Shown: positions 19,840 through 30,592, counted from the stretch's first letter. The stretch is DNA of 64,000 nucleotides from Clostridia bacterium (GCA_025210555.1 JAOARL010000005.1:55671-119670), one strand, 5' to 3'. Made by a program: numbers and translations. The notes: generated from the sequence alone by a model not told the origin.

Positions 19840-20052
19840 CTATTTTGTAACTATTTTTTGCAATTTTTTGAATTCTTCTTCTGTTAAAGTAATTCCCTTA
19901 CCTGCTTTTTCTTTATTTGGTCCCCAATCTCTAATATCTATTTTAGGATCTCTATCATTCCAACTTATTAAATTAACTTCTTTTGTCCATCCATTTTCCG
20001 ACTTACTTATCACTCCTAGATGCTTCAGAATCTCAAATTTTATTTCTGCCAT
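19840..20052 (-). CDS. ydbC: YdbC/PC4-like small ssDNA-binding protein
   Basis: 70 aa. MAEIKFEI...ENGWTKEVNLISWNDRDPKIDIRDWGPNKEKAGKGITLTEEEF closely matches my recollection of Lactococcus YdbC (PC4 fold). RBS AGGAGGTGA. Confidence 0.65.
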   Translation of the reverse strand: MAEIKFEILKHLGVISKSENGWTKEVNLISWNDRDPKIDIRDWGPNKEKAGKGITLTEEEFKKLQKIVTK

Positions 20053-20094
20053 TTAATCACCTCCTATAAATAACAGTATAAATATTTATAGTTA

Positions 20095-20125
20095 TAAAAA
20101 AACACATTATAAATAATGTGTTTTT
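20095..20125 (-). terminator. Terminator after uvrB (symmetric A-run/T-run)
   Basis: AAAAAACACATTAT-AAA-TAATGTGTTTTTT. Confidence 0.7.
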
Positions 20126-20136
20126 TATAATTAATA

Positions 20137-22110
20137 TTATTTCTTTATATTACCTTTTAATGTAATAACTTGATCTCTTATATAAGCTGCCGTCTCAAAA
20201 TCTAAATTACTAGCTGCTTTTTTCATTTCTTTTTCCATCTTCTCAATATGCTTAAGTTGATCATCCATCTTCATATTTTCAAACTTAGCATTAAAGTCCT
20301 CTTTATACTCTTCTGCCTTCTCAGTAGCCCTAATAACTTCTTTAATACTCTTTTTAATAGTTTTAGGTATTATATCATTATCAACATTATATTTATGCTG
20401 GATATCCCTTCTTCTATTAGTTTCACTAATGGCATTTTCCATAGATCTTGTTATATTATCAGCATACATAATAACTCTACCATCACTATTTCTAGCTGCT
20501 CTACCTATCGTCTGTATTAAAGATGTTTCAGATCTTAAGAATCCTTCTTTATCTGCATCAAGTATAGCAACTAAAGTAACCTCTGGAATATCTAATCCTT
20601 CTCTTAAAAGGTTAATTCCAACTATTACATCTATTTCACCTAATCTAAGTCTTCTAATAGTTTCTATTCTTTCAAGCGTCTTAATATCTGAATGAAGATA
20701 TTCTACACTTATTCCTGCTTCTTTAAGATATTTTGTTAAATCCTCAGCCATTCTTTTTGTAAGCGTTGTGACTAATGTTCTTTCATTATTATCTATTCTC
20801 TCATTTATTTCGCCTATCAGGTCATCTATTTGACCTTCTATAGGTCTTACTTCAACTTCTGGATCTAGTAATCCGGTAGGCCTAATAATTTGCTCTGCAA
20901 TGTCATCGGTATGATCTTTTTCATAATCACTTGGAGTTGCCGAAACGAATAAAATTTGATTAACCTTTTCTTCAAACTCTGTAAAGTTAAGAGGTCTATT
21001 ATCAAGAGCTGATGGTAATCTAAATCCAAAATCAACTAGGTTTTGCTTTCTAGCTCTATCACCATTATACATTGCTCTTACCTGAGGAAGAGTAACATGT
21101 GACTCATCTATCATTATTAAGAAATCATCACCAAAATAATCAATAAGTGTATATGGCGTACTACCGGCTTCTCTACCAGAAATATACCTTGCATAATTTT
21201 CAATACCTTGGCAGAATCCCATTTCTTTAAGCATTTCCATATCAAACCTAGTTCTTTGCTCAAGTCTTTGAGCTTCTACTAATTTATTTTCCTCTCTAAG
21301 TTCTTTTAACCTAATATCTAAATCTCTTCCAATTAATTCAACAGCTTTGGAAACTTTTTCTCTATCACTTACATAATGAGATGCCGGGAATATTGATATA
21401 TGTTTCCTGACAGCAATAACTTCTCCTGTAAGAGGATTTATCTCAACTATTCTATCTATTTCATCTCCAAAGAACTCAACTCTGACAGCACTTTCTGCTC
21501 CAGCTGGATATATCTCTACTACATCTCCCCTTACTCTAAAAGTTCCTCTTCTGAAATCAATATCATTTCTTGCATACTGTATTTCAACCAATTTTCTTAA
21601 AACATCATCTCTATCTTTTTCTATACCTGGTCTAAGAGATAACACTAAGTTTTCATAATCAATGGGGTCTCCTAAACTATATATACATGATACACTAGCA
21701 ATTATAATTACGTCCTTACGCTCAAAAAGAGCTGCTGTTGCAGAGTGACGAAGTTTTTCTATTTCATCATTAATAGAAGCATCTTTTTCTATGTATGTAT
21801 CTGAACTAGGAACATATGCTTCTGGTTGATAGTAGTCATAATAACTAACAAAATATTCTACAGCATTTTCAGGAAAGAACTCTTTGAACTCCTCATACAA
21901 CTGTGCTGCTAATGTCTTATTATGCGCTAATATTAAAGTAGGCTTACCTGTTCTCTCAATTACATTTGCCATAGTAAATGTCTTACCTGATCCTGTAACT
22001 CCAAGCAAAGTATTAAACCTCTTACAATCATTTATTCTATTTACAATTTTTTCTATTGCCTCAGGTTGATCCCCTGTAGGCTTAAATTTTGAATGTACTT
22101 TAAATTCCAT
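20137..22110 (-). CDS. uvrB: Excinuclease ABC subunit B
   Basis: [29 protein letters not shown], helicase motifs, C-terminal UVR domain. ATG 22110 preferred (GAAGGTGA upstream) over 22125. Confidence 0.97.
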   Translation of the reverse strand: MEFKVHSKFKPTGDQPEAIEKIVNRINDCKRFNTLLGVTGSGKTFTMANVIERTGKPTLILAHNKTLAAQLYEEFKEFFPENAVEYFVSYYDYYQPEAYVPSSDTYIEKDASINDEIEKLRHSATAALFERKDVIIIASVSCIYSLGDPIDYENLVLSLRPGIEKDRDDVLRKLVEIQYARNDIDFRRGTFRVRGDVVEIYPAGAESAVRVEFFGDEIDRIVEINPLTGEVIAVRKHISIFPASHYVSDREKVSKAVELIGRDLDIRLKELREENKLVEAQRLEQRTRFDMEMLKEMGFCQGIENYARYISGREAGSTPYTLIDYFGDDFLIMIDESHVTLPQVRAMYNGDRARKQNLVDFGFRLPSALDNRPLNFTEFEEKVNQILFVSATPSDYEKDHTDDIAEQIIRPTGLLDPEVEVRPIEGQIDDLIGEINERIDNNERTLVTTLTKRMAEDLTKYLKEAGISVEYLHSDIKTLERIETIRRLRLGEIDVIVGINLLREGLDIPEVTLVAILDADKEGFLRSETSLIQTIGRAARNSDGRVIMYADNITRSMENAISETNRRRDIQHKYNVDNDIIPKTIKKSIKEVIRATEKAEEYKEDFNAKFENMKMDDQLKHIEKMEKEMKKAASNLDFETAAYIRDQVITLKGNIKK

Positions 22111-22193
22111 ATTTATCACCTTCATATATTATAACATACGAATATATGTTTGCAAATAAAAAAAGATAGATTACTCTATCTTTCATTTATTAT

Positions 22194-23960
22194 CTATAGA
22201 TTATTATAATCTAACTTATAACCCTCAGTATTATATTGATTTTTGTAAAAATACTTTGATTCTATATCAGTAAGCTCACTGATACGCTTACCTTTCTCAA
22301 GTTCTAATGCATTTATATCAATATTGTTCACTAAAATCCTTTTAACTTTTTTCTCAAGTTCGAATAGTTCTTCATAGTAAACTTCTTCTATTCCCCCCTT
22401 ATATATAACAGAATCAGGTCTTATAGATATAATTTCATTAATCTCATAATTTCCAGCATATCCTACTAAATTAAAACTATTTTTATTTTTAATAACTTTT
22501 GCTATTCCTTTATCTGTAAATAAATATAAAAACTCATCTTTAACCAAAACATCTCTTAGATAATCATTATAGCCCAATACTTCTACATCACTTATAAATT
22601 TAAAAGAATCTATATCATATCTAGAATACTTTTTTTGGTTACTAGGGATAATAATTTCACTTTTATATATAGCTACTTGAGTTGCATCAGTCCTATTATA
22701 TCCCTTATTATAAAAATCTATATTTATTTCACTAATTTCTCCAGTTTTTATATTTAATCTATACACTTGATTATTATTAACATTAAATATGATGAAGTTT
22801 TTATATAAATTACTTACAGTTACTTTTTTATTTGGAAAAGCATTAACATTAAAAGTTCTATTGTTTTTAGTAAATTTATTGCATACAGTAAGATTATTTT
22901 TATTATCCATGTATATTATATTATCCTCATCAATATACTCTAAAGTTTCTATTTTACTTTTTAATTCAAATACTTTATTTATTTTATTTCCTCTTAAAAT
23001 AAATAGATTATTAAATTTATCTTGAGCATACTTCCTGTTTCCTTTTTCAATATAGAAGACTAAATTATCTAAAACTAAGGTTTCTTCCATCTTATTTTTA
23101 TCTAGACTTACATATTTATTTTCAATTATTATATCAATTTTTTCAGGTCTATTGTTCACTATCCAAAACTTTTTATCTATCACCTTAAACTTTTCCTGTT
23201 TACTTACGTATTTATCATTATATATTTTATAACCATATTTAGGCGTTTGGATCTTATATGAAATTTTATCATCTTTCTTAAGTGTTTTTTGATTATAATC
23301 TACAGTGTATTTCTCTAATTCTCCTGCTGAACCATTATGCAAATTATTATCAATTATATTAATCGTTTTTTTATCCAGGTTAATTTTCAAAATATCTGTA
23401 TCTAAATACCACTCTGTATCTCCTATGCCATAGCTATTATAGCTGTTTCTTATATATGCATATTCATCTTTAATAAATATTTTATTTTTGTTATCACCTG
23501 TATAATTATCAGCTCTGCTCTCATTGGAAATATCAAACTCTCTATAAAGTTCTAAGTTGCTTAATAGGTATAATTTAACAGTAGTGTATCCATTTTTAAT
23601 GTTTTCATATGTTATTAAATACTTATCTTCTATTTGTAAGTCTGCATAATTAAACTCTTCAAAACTTTCTTCATAATAATTCATATCGCTACCTAATATT
23701 TCCGGTAAAAATTCATTAATTATGTTTATATCTTTTTTAGTCTTATCATAGACATATATTTTGAATTTGTCTGCCACATAAAACATATATTTATCAGTGT
23801 GCAAAACATCTTCTACTCTACTATATTTCTTATGATTTTGTATATCATTTTGATCTACAAAAAAAACTTCATTTCCAAATGTTCCATTATATCCTGTACT
23901 TGGTATTTCCGGAGAAATATATAAAGTAAGTGATACTAAAAAACTTACTATAATTTCCAT
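22194..23960 (-). CDS. Hypothetical N/Y/K-rich, beta-rich exported or anchored protein
   Basis: 588 aa. N-terminal hydrophobic segment. Start lies 1 nt after the ctpA stop, with RBS GGGGAGAG inside the ctpA 3' end. Confidence 0.6.
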   Translation of the reverse strand: MEIIVSFLVSLTLYISPEIPSTGYNGTFGNEVFFVDQNDIQNHKKYSRVEDVLHTDKYMFYVADKFKIYVYDKTKKDINIINEFLPEILGSDMNYYEESFEEFNYADLQIEDKYLITYENIKNGYTTVKLYLLSNLELYREFDISNESRADNYTGDNKNKIFIKDEYAYIRNSYNSYGIGDTEWYLDTDILKINLDKKTINIIDNNLHNGSAGELEKYTVDYNQKTLKKDDKISYKIQTPKYGYKIYNDKYVSKQEKFKVIDKKFWIVNNRPEKIDIIIENKYVSLDKNKMEETLVLDNLVFYIEKGNRKYAQDKFNNLFILRGNKINKVFELKSKIETLEYIDEDNIIYMDNKNNLTVCNKFTKNNRTFNVNAFPNKKVTVSNLYKNFIIFNVNNNQVYRLNIKTGEISEINIDFYNKGYNRTDATQVAIYKSEIIIPSNQKKYSRYDIDSFKFISDVEVLGYNDYLRDVLVKDEFLYLFTDKGIAKVIKNKNSFNLVGYAGNYEINEIISIRPDSVIYKGGIEEVYYEELFELEKKVKRILVNNIDINALELEKGKRISELTDIESKYFYKNQYNTEGYKLDYNNL

Positions 23961-23961
23961 A

Positions 23962-25089
23962 TTACTCTCCCCTTATTATATTTATAGTTTCTTGTATTTG
24001 TTTGTCCTTTGACACATCTAATAAATAATCATAATTATCTATATCAAGTTCTACTTTATAATCAGGTTCTATACCTATTTCATTTATATTCTTGTTATCT
24101 GGAGTATAGTACTTTCCAGATGTTATTTTAACTGAACTTCCATCTTTAAACTCTAGAAGTGATTGTACAACACCTTTTCCATATGACTTTTCTCCTACTA
24201 TTTTAGCGACATTATTATCCCTAAGAGCAGCTGTCAAAATTTCAGACGCTGAAGCAGAATACTTGTTTTGTAACATAAATACATTATGTAAAGTATTTCC
24301 TTTTTCTGTAGCTTTATACTCAAATTTTGAATCTGACTTATTTTTTATATATGTAATCATTTTACCTTCATCTAAGAAAAAATCGGCTATTTCTGTCGCT
24401 GATGTAACAATTCCACCTGGATTATTTCTAACATCTATAATTATATTTTTGTATTCATCTATATCATCATATATATTTTTAAACTCTTCGGCTGTAGTAC
24501 TAGCAAATGAATTGATTTTTACATATACAATATCACTTTCTAGTTCTTTCCATTCAACAGTTTCTGCATTTATAGACTTTCTTTTAATCTCAAACTTCAT
24601 TTCTTTACTATCTCTAACTATTTTTAACTTAACAATACTTCCCTCTTCACCTGAAATAAGATCTATTATTTCATCAAATGATTTTGTCATTACTTCTTGT
24701 CCATCTATTTCAAAGATTTTATCTCCTGCTATTAATCCTGCTTCTTCACTAGGAGTATCTTTAAATACATTTAAAATAAGTAAAGTTTTGTCTAGTCTGT
24801 CAATTATAAAACTAACTCCAATTCCGCTATATTCAGCATCAACAAGTTCATTGAACTTAGAATATTCTTCTTTTGTCATATACTCTGAATATTTATCATC
24901 TAGAGAATGTAACATTCCTTCAAAAATACCATCTCTAACAGCTTCTTTATCATAATCATTTATATATACGTTTTCTATAATTCTTTCTAGTTCCATTATT
25001 TTAAATAAATTATATCTACTATTAAAAATGCTAGTAGCTAGAATAAACCCTAAATTAAATGTTATGAAATATTTTATAAACTTTTTCAT
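23962..25089 (-). CDS. ctpA: S41 C-terminal processing peptidase with PDZ domain
   Basis: 375 aa. PDZ GLIAGDKIFEIDG. NNPGGIV. Ser/Lys region SASASEILTAAL...GEKSYGKG. Confidence 0.88.
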   Translation of the reverse strand: MKKFIKYFITFNLGFILATSIFNSRYNLFKIMELERIIENVYINDYDKEAVRDGIFEGMLHSLDDKYSEYMTKEEYSKFNELVDAEYSGIGVSFIIDRLDKTLLILNVFKDTPSEEAGLIAGDKIFEIDGQEVMTKSFDEIIDLISGEEGSIVKLKIVRDSKEMKFEIKRKSINAETVEWKELESDIVYVKINSFASTTAEEFKNIYDDIDEYKNIIIDVRNNPGGIVTSATEIADFFLDEGKMITYIKNKSDSKFEYKATEKGNTLHNVFMLQNKYSASASEILTAALRDNNVAKIVGEKSYGKGVVQSLLEFKDGSSVKITSGKYYTPDNKNINEIGIEPDYKVELDIDNYDYLLDVSKDKQIQETINIIRGE

Positions 25090-25143
25090 ATCTTCATTCC
25101 TTTCAAAAATTAAAGCACTATTCTTTCGAATAATGCTTTATGC

Positions 25144-26280
25144 TTAAGGTCTTGGTACATATTTAAGTGGATTTTGATCCTTATTGTTAAGTAATACTTC
25201 AAAATGTAAATGATTACCTGTAGACCATCCTGTTGTTCCAATTAATGCAATTGTTTGTCCTTTTTTAACTTTTTGTCCATTTGAAACTTTAAATGCACTA
25301 TTATGAGCATACTTAGTCGTATATGTTACTCCATTTTTAACTCCATGGTCAACTAATAAAAGTTTACCGTATGAATTACTCCATCTTGCAGTTATTACAA
25401 CACCATCATCTGCAGATACAACTGGTTTTCCTTTTGCTGCTGGTATATCTATACCTGTATGCATTCTTTTCTTCTTACTAATTGGATGTATTCTCATACC
25501 ATATGGTGATGATATTCTTGAATATCCCGGTACTGGCCAAACCATACCTGAAGAATTATAAGTAAGCTTTGATTTATAAGCCTTTATTTCGTTTTTAATA
25601 GCTTCATTTTCTGCCATTAATGCTTTATATTTCTTTTCTTCTTCTTCGATATCACTATTAACTTGTTTTATATAAGTTAATTTTTTACTTAAGCTGTTTT
25701 GCTGAGATCTAACAGCTTGCTTCTTAGAGTTATTTAACTTCTCTATTTCATTTTTCTTATTTACAAGATCTAATTTATTGTCTTTTAATTTTTCTTCAAC
25801 ATCAATCATTTCTTTAACAATACCATTATCATATTCAACCATTTTTTGAGTATAATAAGTTCTCTTTAAAAAATCATCTGCACCTTTTGACTTAAGTAAA
25901 GTTTGAACATATCCAACTTTACCAGCCATATATATTTTTTTAAGTCTATCTTTGTGCTCTTCATTATATTTTTCTCTAGCAGCTTCTTCTTCTTTAATCT
26001 TAACTTCTAATTCTGTTATATTTTGCTTAGTATTACTAATCTTAGAATTATAGTTTTTAATTTGATCAGTTAAACTATCAATCTGTCTATCAAGTTTATT
26101 TGCTTCATACACAGCATTCTTCTTTTGATTCTTAAGTTTATTAACTTTACTCTTACTTGCATTAAGCTGACTACCTACCTGATTCTGCTTATTTTGCAAA
26201 TCACTAAGTGTAGTTCCTGCATGGGCATTAACACTAAATATCATTGTAAATACTAATAGCCCTAAAAGTAACTTCTTCAT
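25144..26280 (-). CDS. M23 peptidase with long N-terminal coiled coil (EnvC-like)
   Basis: Signal peptide MKKLLLGLLVFTMIFSVNAHA, ~230 aa coiled coil, M23 motifs HTGIDIPA, GNHLHFEV. ATG 26280 preferred (GGAGGGGA upstream). Confidence 0.88.
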   Translation of the reverse strand: MKKLLLGLLVFTMIFSVNAHAGTTLSDLQNKQNQVGSQLNASKSKVNKLKNQKKNAVYEANKLDRQIDSLTDQIKNYNSKISNTKQNITELEVKIKEEEAAREKYNEEHKDRLKKIYMAGKVGYVQTLLKSKGADDFLKRTYYTQKMVEYDNGIVKEMIDVEEKLKDNKLDLVNKKNEIEKLNNSKKQAVRSQQNSLSKKLTYIKQVNSDIEEEEKKYKALMAENEAIKNEIKAYKSKLTYNSSGMVWPVPGYSRISSPYGMRIHPISKKKRMHTGIDIPAAKGKPVVSADDGVVITARWSNSYGKLLLVDHGVKNGVTYTTKYAHNSAFKVSNGQKVKKGQTIALIGTTGWSTGNHLHFEVLLNNKDQNPLKYVPRP

Positions 26281-26295
26281 ACATTTCCCCTCCAA

Positions 26296-27186
26296 TTAAA
26301 CTTTCAAATATTTATTTGATGTATAATTACTAACTATTATTCCAAGTCCAATACCTACACCTAAACATAATAGTAATATGTTTGTAGATACATCTGCAAA
26401 ATTTCTAATTACAAAAGGTGTATTACCTATTAACTCATTAGAAACAAATCCAGTTTTTAATAGTGAACTTAATGTATTATTATAAATTACATTTGTTATT
26501 CCATACGCAAGAATTGATCCTGCACCACCTAATATCATACCTTCAAATATGAATGGCAACTTTATAAACCAATCTGTTGCACCTAAGTTTTTAGTTACTC
26601 CTATTTCATACTTTCTTATATGTATACTAAGTTTTATTGTATTCATTATTAGCACTACTGCTATAAATGCTAGAATTGATATGAAAAGTATACTTCCATA
26701 ACTAATTCCTGCTCTAATTTCTTTAAGTACTGATCCAAGCACTGTATCATATGTTATTTCTATTATTCCATCAACATCTTCAAGTTCTGACACAAGTTTG
26801 CTTTTATACTTATCATCTGTAACTTTAAGCTTATAAGAAGCCGGTAAGAATAAATCATCTGTATAATAATCCTCTTCTAGATCATTTGAGAACATTTTAT
26901 TTATTGCATCTTGCTTAGATACATACTCAACATCCTCAATTATATCCATTTCTGAAAATTTAACTCCAAAATCTTCTATTTCTGTTTCAGATAATTCAGT
27001 ATCTAAAAACACTTCAATACCATTCATTTCTTGGAAATACCCAATGTTGTAATCAATATTTGTATACATTGAATAGTAAATTCCTATTATCATTAATGTT
27101 GATGTTATCGTAACTAATGTTGCAAATGACATCAATCTATTTTTAAATATGTTTTCAAATGCACTTTTTATAAAATTAATTATCAT
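26296..27186 (-). CDS. ftsX: Cell-division ABC transporter permease-like protein FtsX
   Basis: MIINFIKSAFENIFKNRLMSFATL is a typical FtsX N-terminus. 4 TM plus an extracellular loop domain. ATG 27186 preferred (AAAGGTGG upstream). Confidence 0.88.
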   Translation of the reverse strand: MIINFIKSAFENIFKNRLMSFATLVTITSTLMIIGIYYSMYTNIDYNIGYFQEMNGIEVFLDTELSETEIEDFGVKFSEMDIIEDVEYVSKQDAINKMFSNDLEEDYYTDDLFLPASYKLKVTDDKYKSKLVSELEDVDGIIEITYDTVLGSVLKEIRAGISYGSILFISILAFIAVVLIMNTIKLSIHIRKYEIGVTKNLGATDWFIKLPFIFEGMILGGAGSILAYGITNVIYNNTLSSLLKTGFVSNELIGNTPFVIRNFADVSTNILLLCLGVGIGLGIIVSNYTSNKYLKV

Positions 27187-27862
27187 AGCTATAACCACCT
27201 TTCTGGTCATCTCTTATGACACTACCATCTTCAAGCTCTATAACTCTCTTCTTCATTCCATCTACCAATTCTTTATCATGAGTAACAACTACAACAGTTG
27301 TTCCTCTGTGATTTATATCATTTAAAAGTTTCATTATTTCCCATGAATTTTGTGGGTCTAAATTACCTGTTGGTTCATCAGCAAGTAATATATCAGGATT
27401 ATTAACTATAGCTCTTGCTAGAGCAACTTTTTGTTGTTGACCTCCTGATAATTCATGTGGAAAAGATTTTGCTTTATTTTCAATTCCAACCATCGAAAGT
27501 ACCATAGGTACATTTCTTCTTATTTCTCTTTGCTTAGCTCCTGAAACTTGCATAGCATAAGCAACATTTTCATATACTGTCTTATTAGGTAATAATCTAA
27601 AATCTTGGAATACTACCCCAATCTTTCTTCTTAAAAATGGAATATACTTTCTATGTAAAAAAGTAATATCCTTATTTTTTATCTTCATTGTTCCTTTTGA
27701 AGGAGCAATTTCCTTTAAAAGTAATTTAAATAGTGTTGTCTTCCCAGAACCACTACTACCTACTATAAAAGCGAACTCCCCTTTGTCTATACTTAGATTT
27801 ATATCTTTGACACCCATAGTGCCGTTATCGTAAATTTTACTTATATTATTAAATTCAATCAC
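27176..27862 (-). CDS. ftsE: Cell-division ATP-binding protein FtsE
   Basis: (M)IEFNNISKIY..GSSGSGKTT..LSGGQQQK..LLADEPTGNLD. GTG 27862 preferred because GAAAGGTGA then serves as the RBS. Confidence 0.9.
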   Translation of the reverse strand: MIEFNNISKIYDNGTMGVKDINLSIDKGEFAFIVGSSGSGKTTLFKLLLKEIAPSKGTMKIKNKDITFLHRKYIPFLRRKIGVVFQDFRLLPNKTVYENVAYAMQVSGAKQREIRRNVPMVLSMVGIENKAKSFPHELSGGQQQKVALARAIVNNPDILLADEPTGNLDPQNSWEIMKLLNDINHRGTTVVVVTHDKELVDGMKKRVIELEDGSVIRDDQKGGYSYDN

Positions 27863-27950
27863 AGTAATCACCTTTCGCTGTATATTTCACTAATAATTTT
27901 ACACCACTGTAACTCAAATAACAATGATTTTAACGAAATTTTAACTATTT

Positions 27951-27971
27951 AAAAAAGCCCTTTCGGGCTTT
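27951..27971 (-). terminator. Rho-independent terminator after the transketolase genes
   Basis: AAAGCCC-TTTC-GGGCTTT with T6 on minus. Confidence 0.75.
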
Positions 27972-27974
27972 AAT

Positions 27975-28910
27975 TTATCCTATAAAATTATCTAGAATAT
28001 TTTTGGCTATTTTTTCTGCTGTAAGTCCGTAATAATCAAGCAACTCTTTTGGTGTTCCTGATCTACCAAAAGTATCATCCATTCCTATCTTATATACCTT
28101 TGTAGGTGCAGTTTCAGATATAGCTTCAAGAACTGCCGATCCTAGTCCACCAATAATATTATGTTCTTCAACTGTTACAATTGATTTGGTTTCTTTTGAT
28201 GCCTTTACTAGTATATTTTTGTCCATAGGCTTTATTGTGTTTATATTTATAACTCTTGCATCTATTCCTTTTTCCGAAAGAATTTCTGCTGCCTTTAAAC
28301 TTTCTGCCACTAATATACCCGTTGATACTATAGTTATATCTTTTCCTGATTTAACTTCTATTCCTTTACCAAAGTTAAACTCGTAATTTTTTTCATCAAA
28401 TATTCTATCATTACCCATTCTTGAAAGTCTTATGTACATAGGACCTTCTGTTTTTGCAGCATATTTAATAATTTCTCTCGCTTCTACATCATCAGCTGGT
28501 GAGAATACTGTCATATTTGGAATTACTCTCATAAGCGCTAAATCTTCTACACATTGGTGAGATGCTCCATCTTCTCCTACTGATATTCCTGCATGAGTTG
28601 CCGCTACTTTAACATTCAGCTTTGGGTAAGCAACACTATTTCTAATTTGTTCATAAGCTCTTCCTGCTGCAAACATTGCAAAACTTGATGCAAATACTGT
28701 CTTTCCACAAGTTGCAAGTCCTGCTGCTGTAGTTATCATATCTCCTTCAGATATTCCCATATTGAAAAATCTCTCTGGACATACTGCTTTAAATTCTGCT
28801 GTTTTAGTTGACTTAGATAAATCTGCATCTAAAACAACTAAATTTTTATTTTCATTTGCTATTTCTGCTAAAGCTTCTCCATAAGCTTGTCTAGTTGCAA
28901 TATTTCCCAT
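27975..28910 (-). CDS. Transketolase, C-terminal (pyrimidine-binding) subunit
   Basis: 311 aa. TRQAYGEAL, FNMGISEGDM, GASHQCVEDLALMR. Confidence 0.9.
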   Translation of the reverse strand: MGNIATRQAYGEALAEIANENKNLVVLDADLSKSTKTAEFKAVCPERFFNMGISEGDMITTAAGLATCGKTVFASSFAMFAAGRAYEQIRNSVAYPKLNVKVAATHAGISVGEDGASHQCVEDLALMRVIPNMTVFSPADDVEAREIIKYAAKTEGPMYIRLSRMGNDRIFDEKNYEFNFGKGIEVKSGKDITIVSTGILVAESLKAAEILSEKGIDARVININTIKPMDKNILVKASKETKSIVTVEEHNIIGGLGSAVLEAISETAPTKVYKIGMDDTFGRSGTPKELLDYYGLTAEKIAKNILDNFIG

Positions 28911-29770
28911 TAGTTTACCTCCATAGCATTAATTTTTTCATCTATTTCTTTAAGCGCTATTTCTAATTCTTCGTCACTTGGTGCTTTACCATGCCAACCT
29001 GCATTGTCTTCCATAAAAGATACACCTTTACCTTTTATAGTATTTGCTACAATTATTGTTGGTCTTCCTTTTTCTGCTTCAGCTTTTTCAAATGCCATCA
29101 TAAGTTCTCCTGCATTATGACCATCTACTTCTATAACATTCCATCCAAAAGCTAAGAATTTTTCTATAGCCGAGTCTGAGTTCATTACATCACATGTCTT
29201 ACCATCAATTTGTAATCCATTTCTATCTAAAATAGCGCATAAGTTATCAAGCTTATAATGAGCTGATGTCATTGCAGCTTCCCAAATTTGACCCTCTTCT
29301 ATTTCTCCATCACCCAACAATGCATAAACTCTATAGTCTGCATCATCAAGTTTTCCAGCAAGCGCCATACCATTAGCCGCTGATAGCCCTTGTCCTAATG
29401 ATCCTGTAGACATATCTATTCCTTTAATCTTCCCAAGCGCTGGATGCCCTTGAAGATTTGAATTGATATTTCTAAATGTTAAAAGTTCTTTTGTGTTAAA
29501 GTATCCTTTTAACGCTAATGCTGAGTATAATCCTGGACATGCATGTCCTTTTGATAATACAAATCTATCTCTATCTTTTTTCTCTGGATTCTTTGGATCT
29601 ATATCCATAATGTTAAAATACAGAACTGCTAATATTTCAGCTTCTGAAAGAGAACCACCTGGATGTCCTGATTTAGCAGCATGTACTGCTCTAAGTGCCC
29701 AGTGTCTAATTTCATAAGCTTTTTTCTCAATTTCTTTAATGTTTACTTTTTCATTAATCATACTGTTCAT
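28910..29770 (-). CDS. Transketolase, N-terminal (TPP-binding) subunit
   Basis: SGHPGGSLS, LSKGHACP, GSLGQGLS, GDGEIEEGQIWEA. ATG 29770 preferred (AGGAGA upstream). Confidence 0.9.
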   Translation of the reverse strand: MNSMINEKVNIKEIEKKAYEIRHWALRAVHAAKSGHPGGSLSEAEILAVLYFNIMDIDPKNPEKKDRDRFVLSKGHACPGLYSALALKGYFNTKELLTFRNINSNLQGHPALGKIKGIDMSTGSLGQGLSAANGMALAGKLDDADYRVYALLGDGEIEEGQIWEAAMTSAHYKLDNLCAILDRNGLQIDGKTCDVMNSDSAIEKFLAFGWNVIEVDGHNAGELMMAFEKAEAEKGRPTIIVANTIKGKGVSFMEDNAGWHGKAPSDEELEIALKEIDEKINAMEVN

Positions 29771-30507
29771 CACTTATCTCCTTTTAGTTTTAATATAAAT
29801 ATTTTTATTAAAAATGCTGGTATAACAAAAGCTATTCTCTTTATCCTCTTTGGTTCGAGAATAACTCTATAAAGCCACTCAAATCCCATCTTTTGCCACA
29901 TAAGTGGCGCTCTCTTAAATTTTCCAGACATTCCATCAATTGATCCTCCTGCTCCTATAGCTATCTTAGCATTCAATTTTTCTCTATTTCTAAAAATAAA
30001 TTTTTCTTGTTTTGGAGCTCCAAATCCTACGATAAGTATATCTGGATTAGTTTTATTTATCTCTTCAATAACTTTTTCTTCATCTTCCGGTTTAAAATAT
30101 CCATCTCTAAATCCTGCTATTTTAAGTCCTGGATACTTTTCGGCCATATTTTTTGCTGCTGTTTCAGCTATCCCAGGTCCTGCACCTAAAAAGTAAACAC
30201 TCTTTTCTAGATAACAAACTTGCCCAAAAATATTTTGCACTGTATCATATCCCGGCACTCTTTCTTTCAGTGGATTTCCTAATATTTTAGAAGCTATTAT
30301 TACCCCTATTCCGTCTGGAATAACCAAATCTGAAACATTTAATATAGCTCTAAATTCCTCATCTTTTTCAGCTCTCATTAGTATCTCAGGATTTGGAGTA
30401 TATATAGTATGTAATCTATCTTCTTTTAAATATCCTAATACTCTGTCTATTACTTCTGTCATTTTTAAGTTAGAAAAATTAACGCCTAACACTTTTATCT
30501 TTTCCAT
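29770..30507 (-). CDS. tagA: WecB/TagA/CpsF-family glycosyltransferase
   Basis: MEKIKVLGVNFSN, PDGIGVIIASK, VGFGAPKQEKFI. ATG 30507 preferred over 30540. Confidence 0.82.
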   Translation of the reverse strand: MEKIKVLGVNFSNLKMTEVIDRVLGYLKEDRLHTIYTPNPEILMRAEKDEEFRAILNVSDLVIPDGIGVIIASKILGNPLKERVPGYDTVQNIFGQVCYLEKSVYFLGAGPGIAETAAKNMAEKYPGLKIAGFRDGYFKPEDEEKVIEEINKTNPDILIVGFGAPKQEKFIFRNREKLNAKIAIGAGGSIDGMSGKFKRAPLMWQKMGFEWLYRVILEPKRIKRIAFVIPAFLIKIFILKLKGDK

Positions 30508-30592
30508 AACTTCCCCCTTTTGTCCCCTTAATAATAACATAAGAAAAGTACAAAAAAAAGACTACCAATGTAATTAGTAATCTTTCAAATAT

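Noticed and set aside
24263-24955. Long plus-strand ORFs antisense to real genes. Examples: 24263-24955 (230 aa) opposite ctpA, 31253-31819 opposite efp, 42220-42738 and 43615-44040 opposite the FtsA-like and SBP genes, 8420-8773 and 37745-38068.
   Set aside because: All lie fully inside well-supported genes on the other strand. They are S/L/I/F-rich low-complexity 'shadow' ORFs typical of AT-rich genomes, and they lack RBS signals.
27975-29773. Transketolase split into two ORFs as a possible frameshifted pseudogene.
   Set aside because: The two-subunit (N-terminal TPP-binding plus C-terminal pyrimidine-binding) transketolase is a well-known arrangement in Clostridia and archaea. Both ORFs are intact with a 1-nt stop/start junction.
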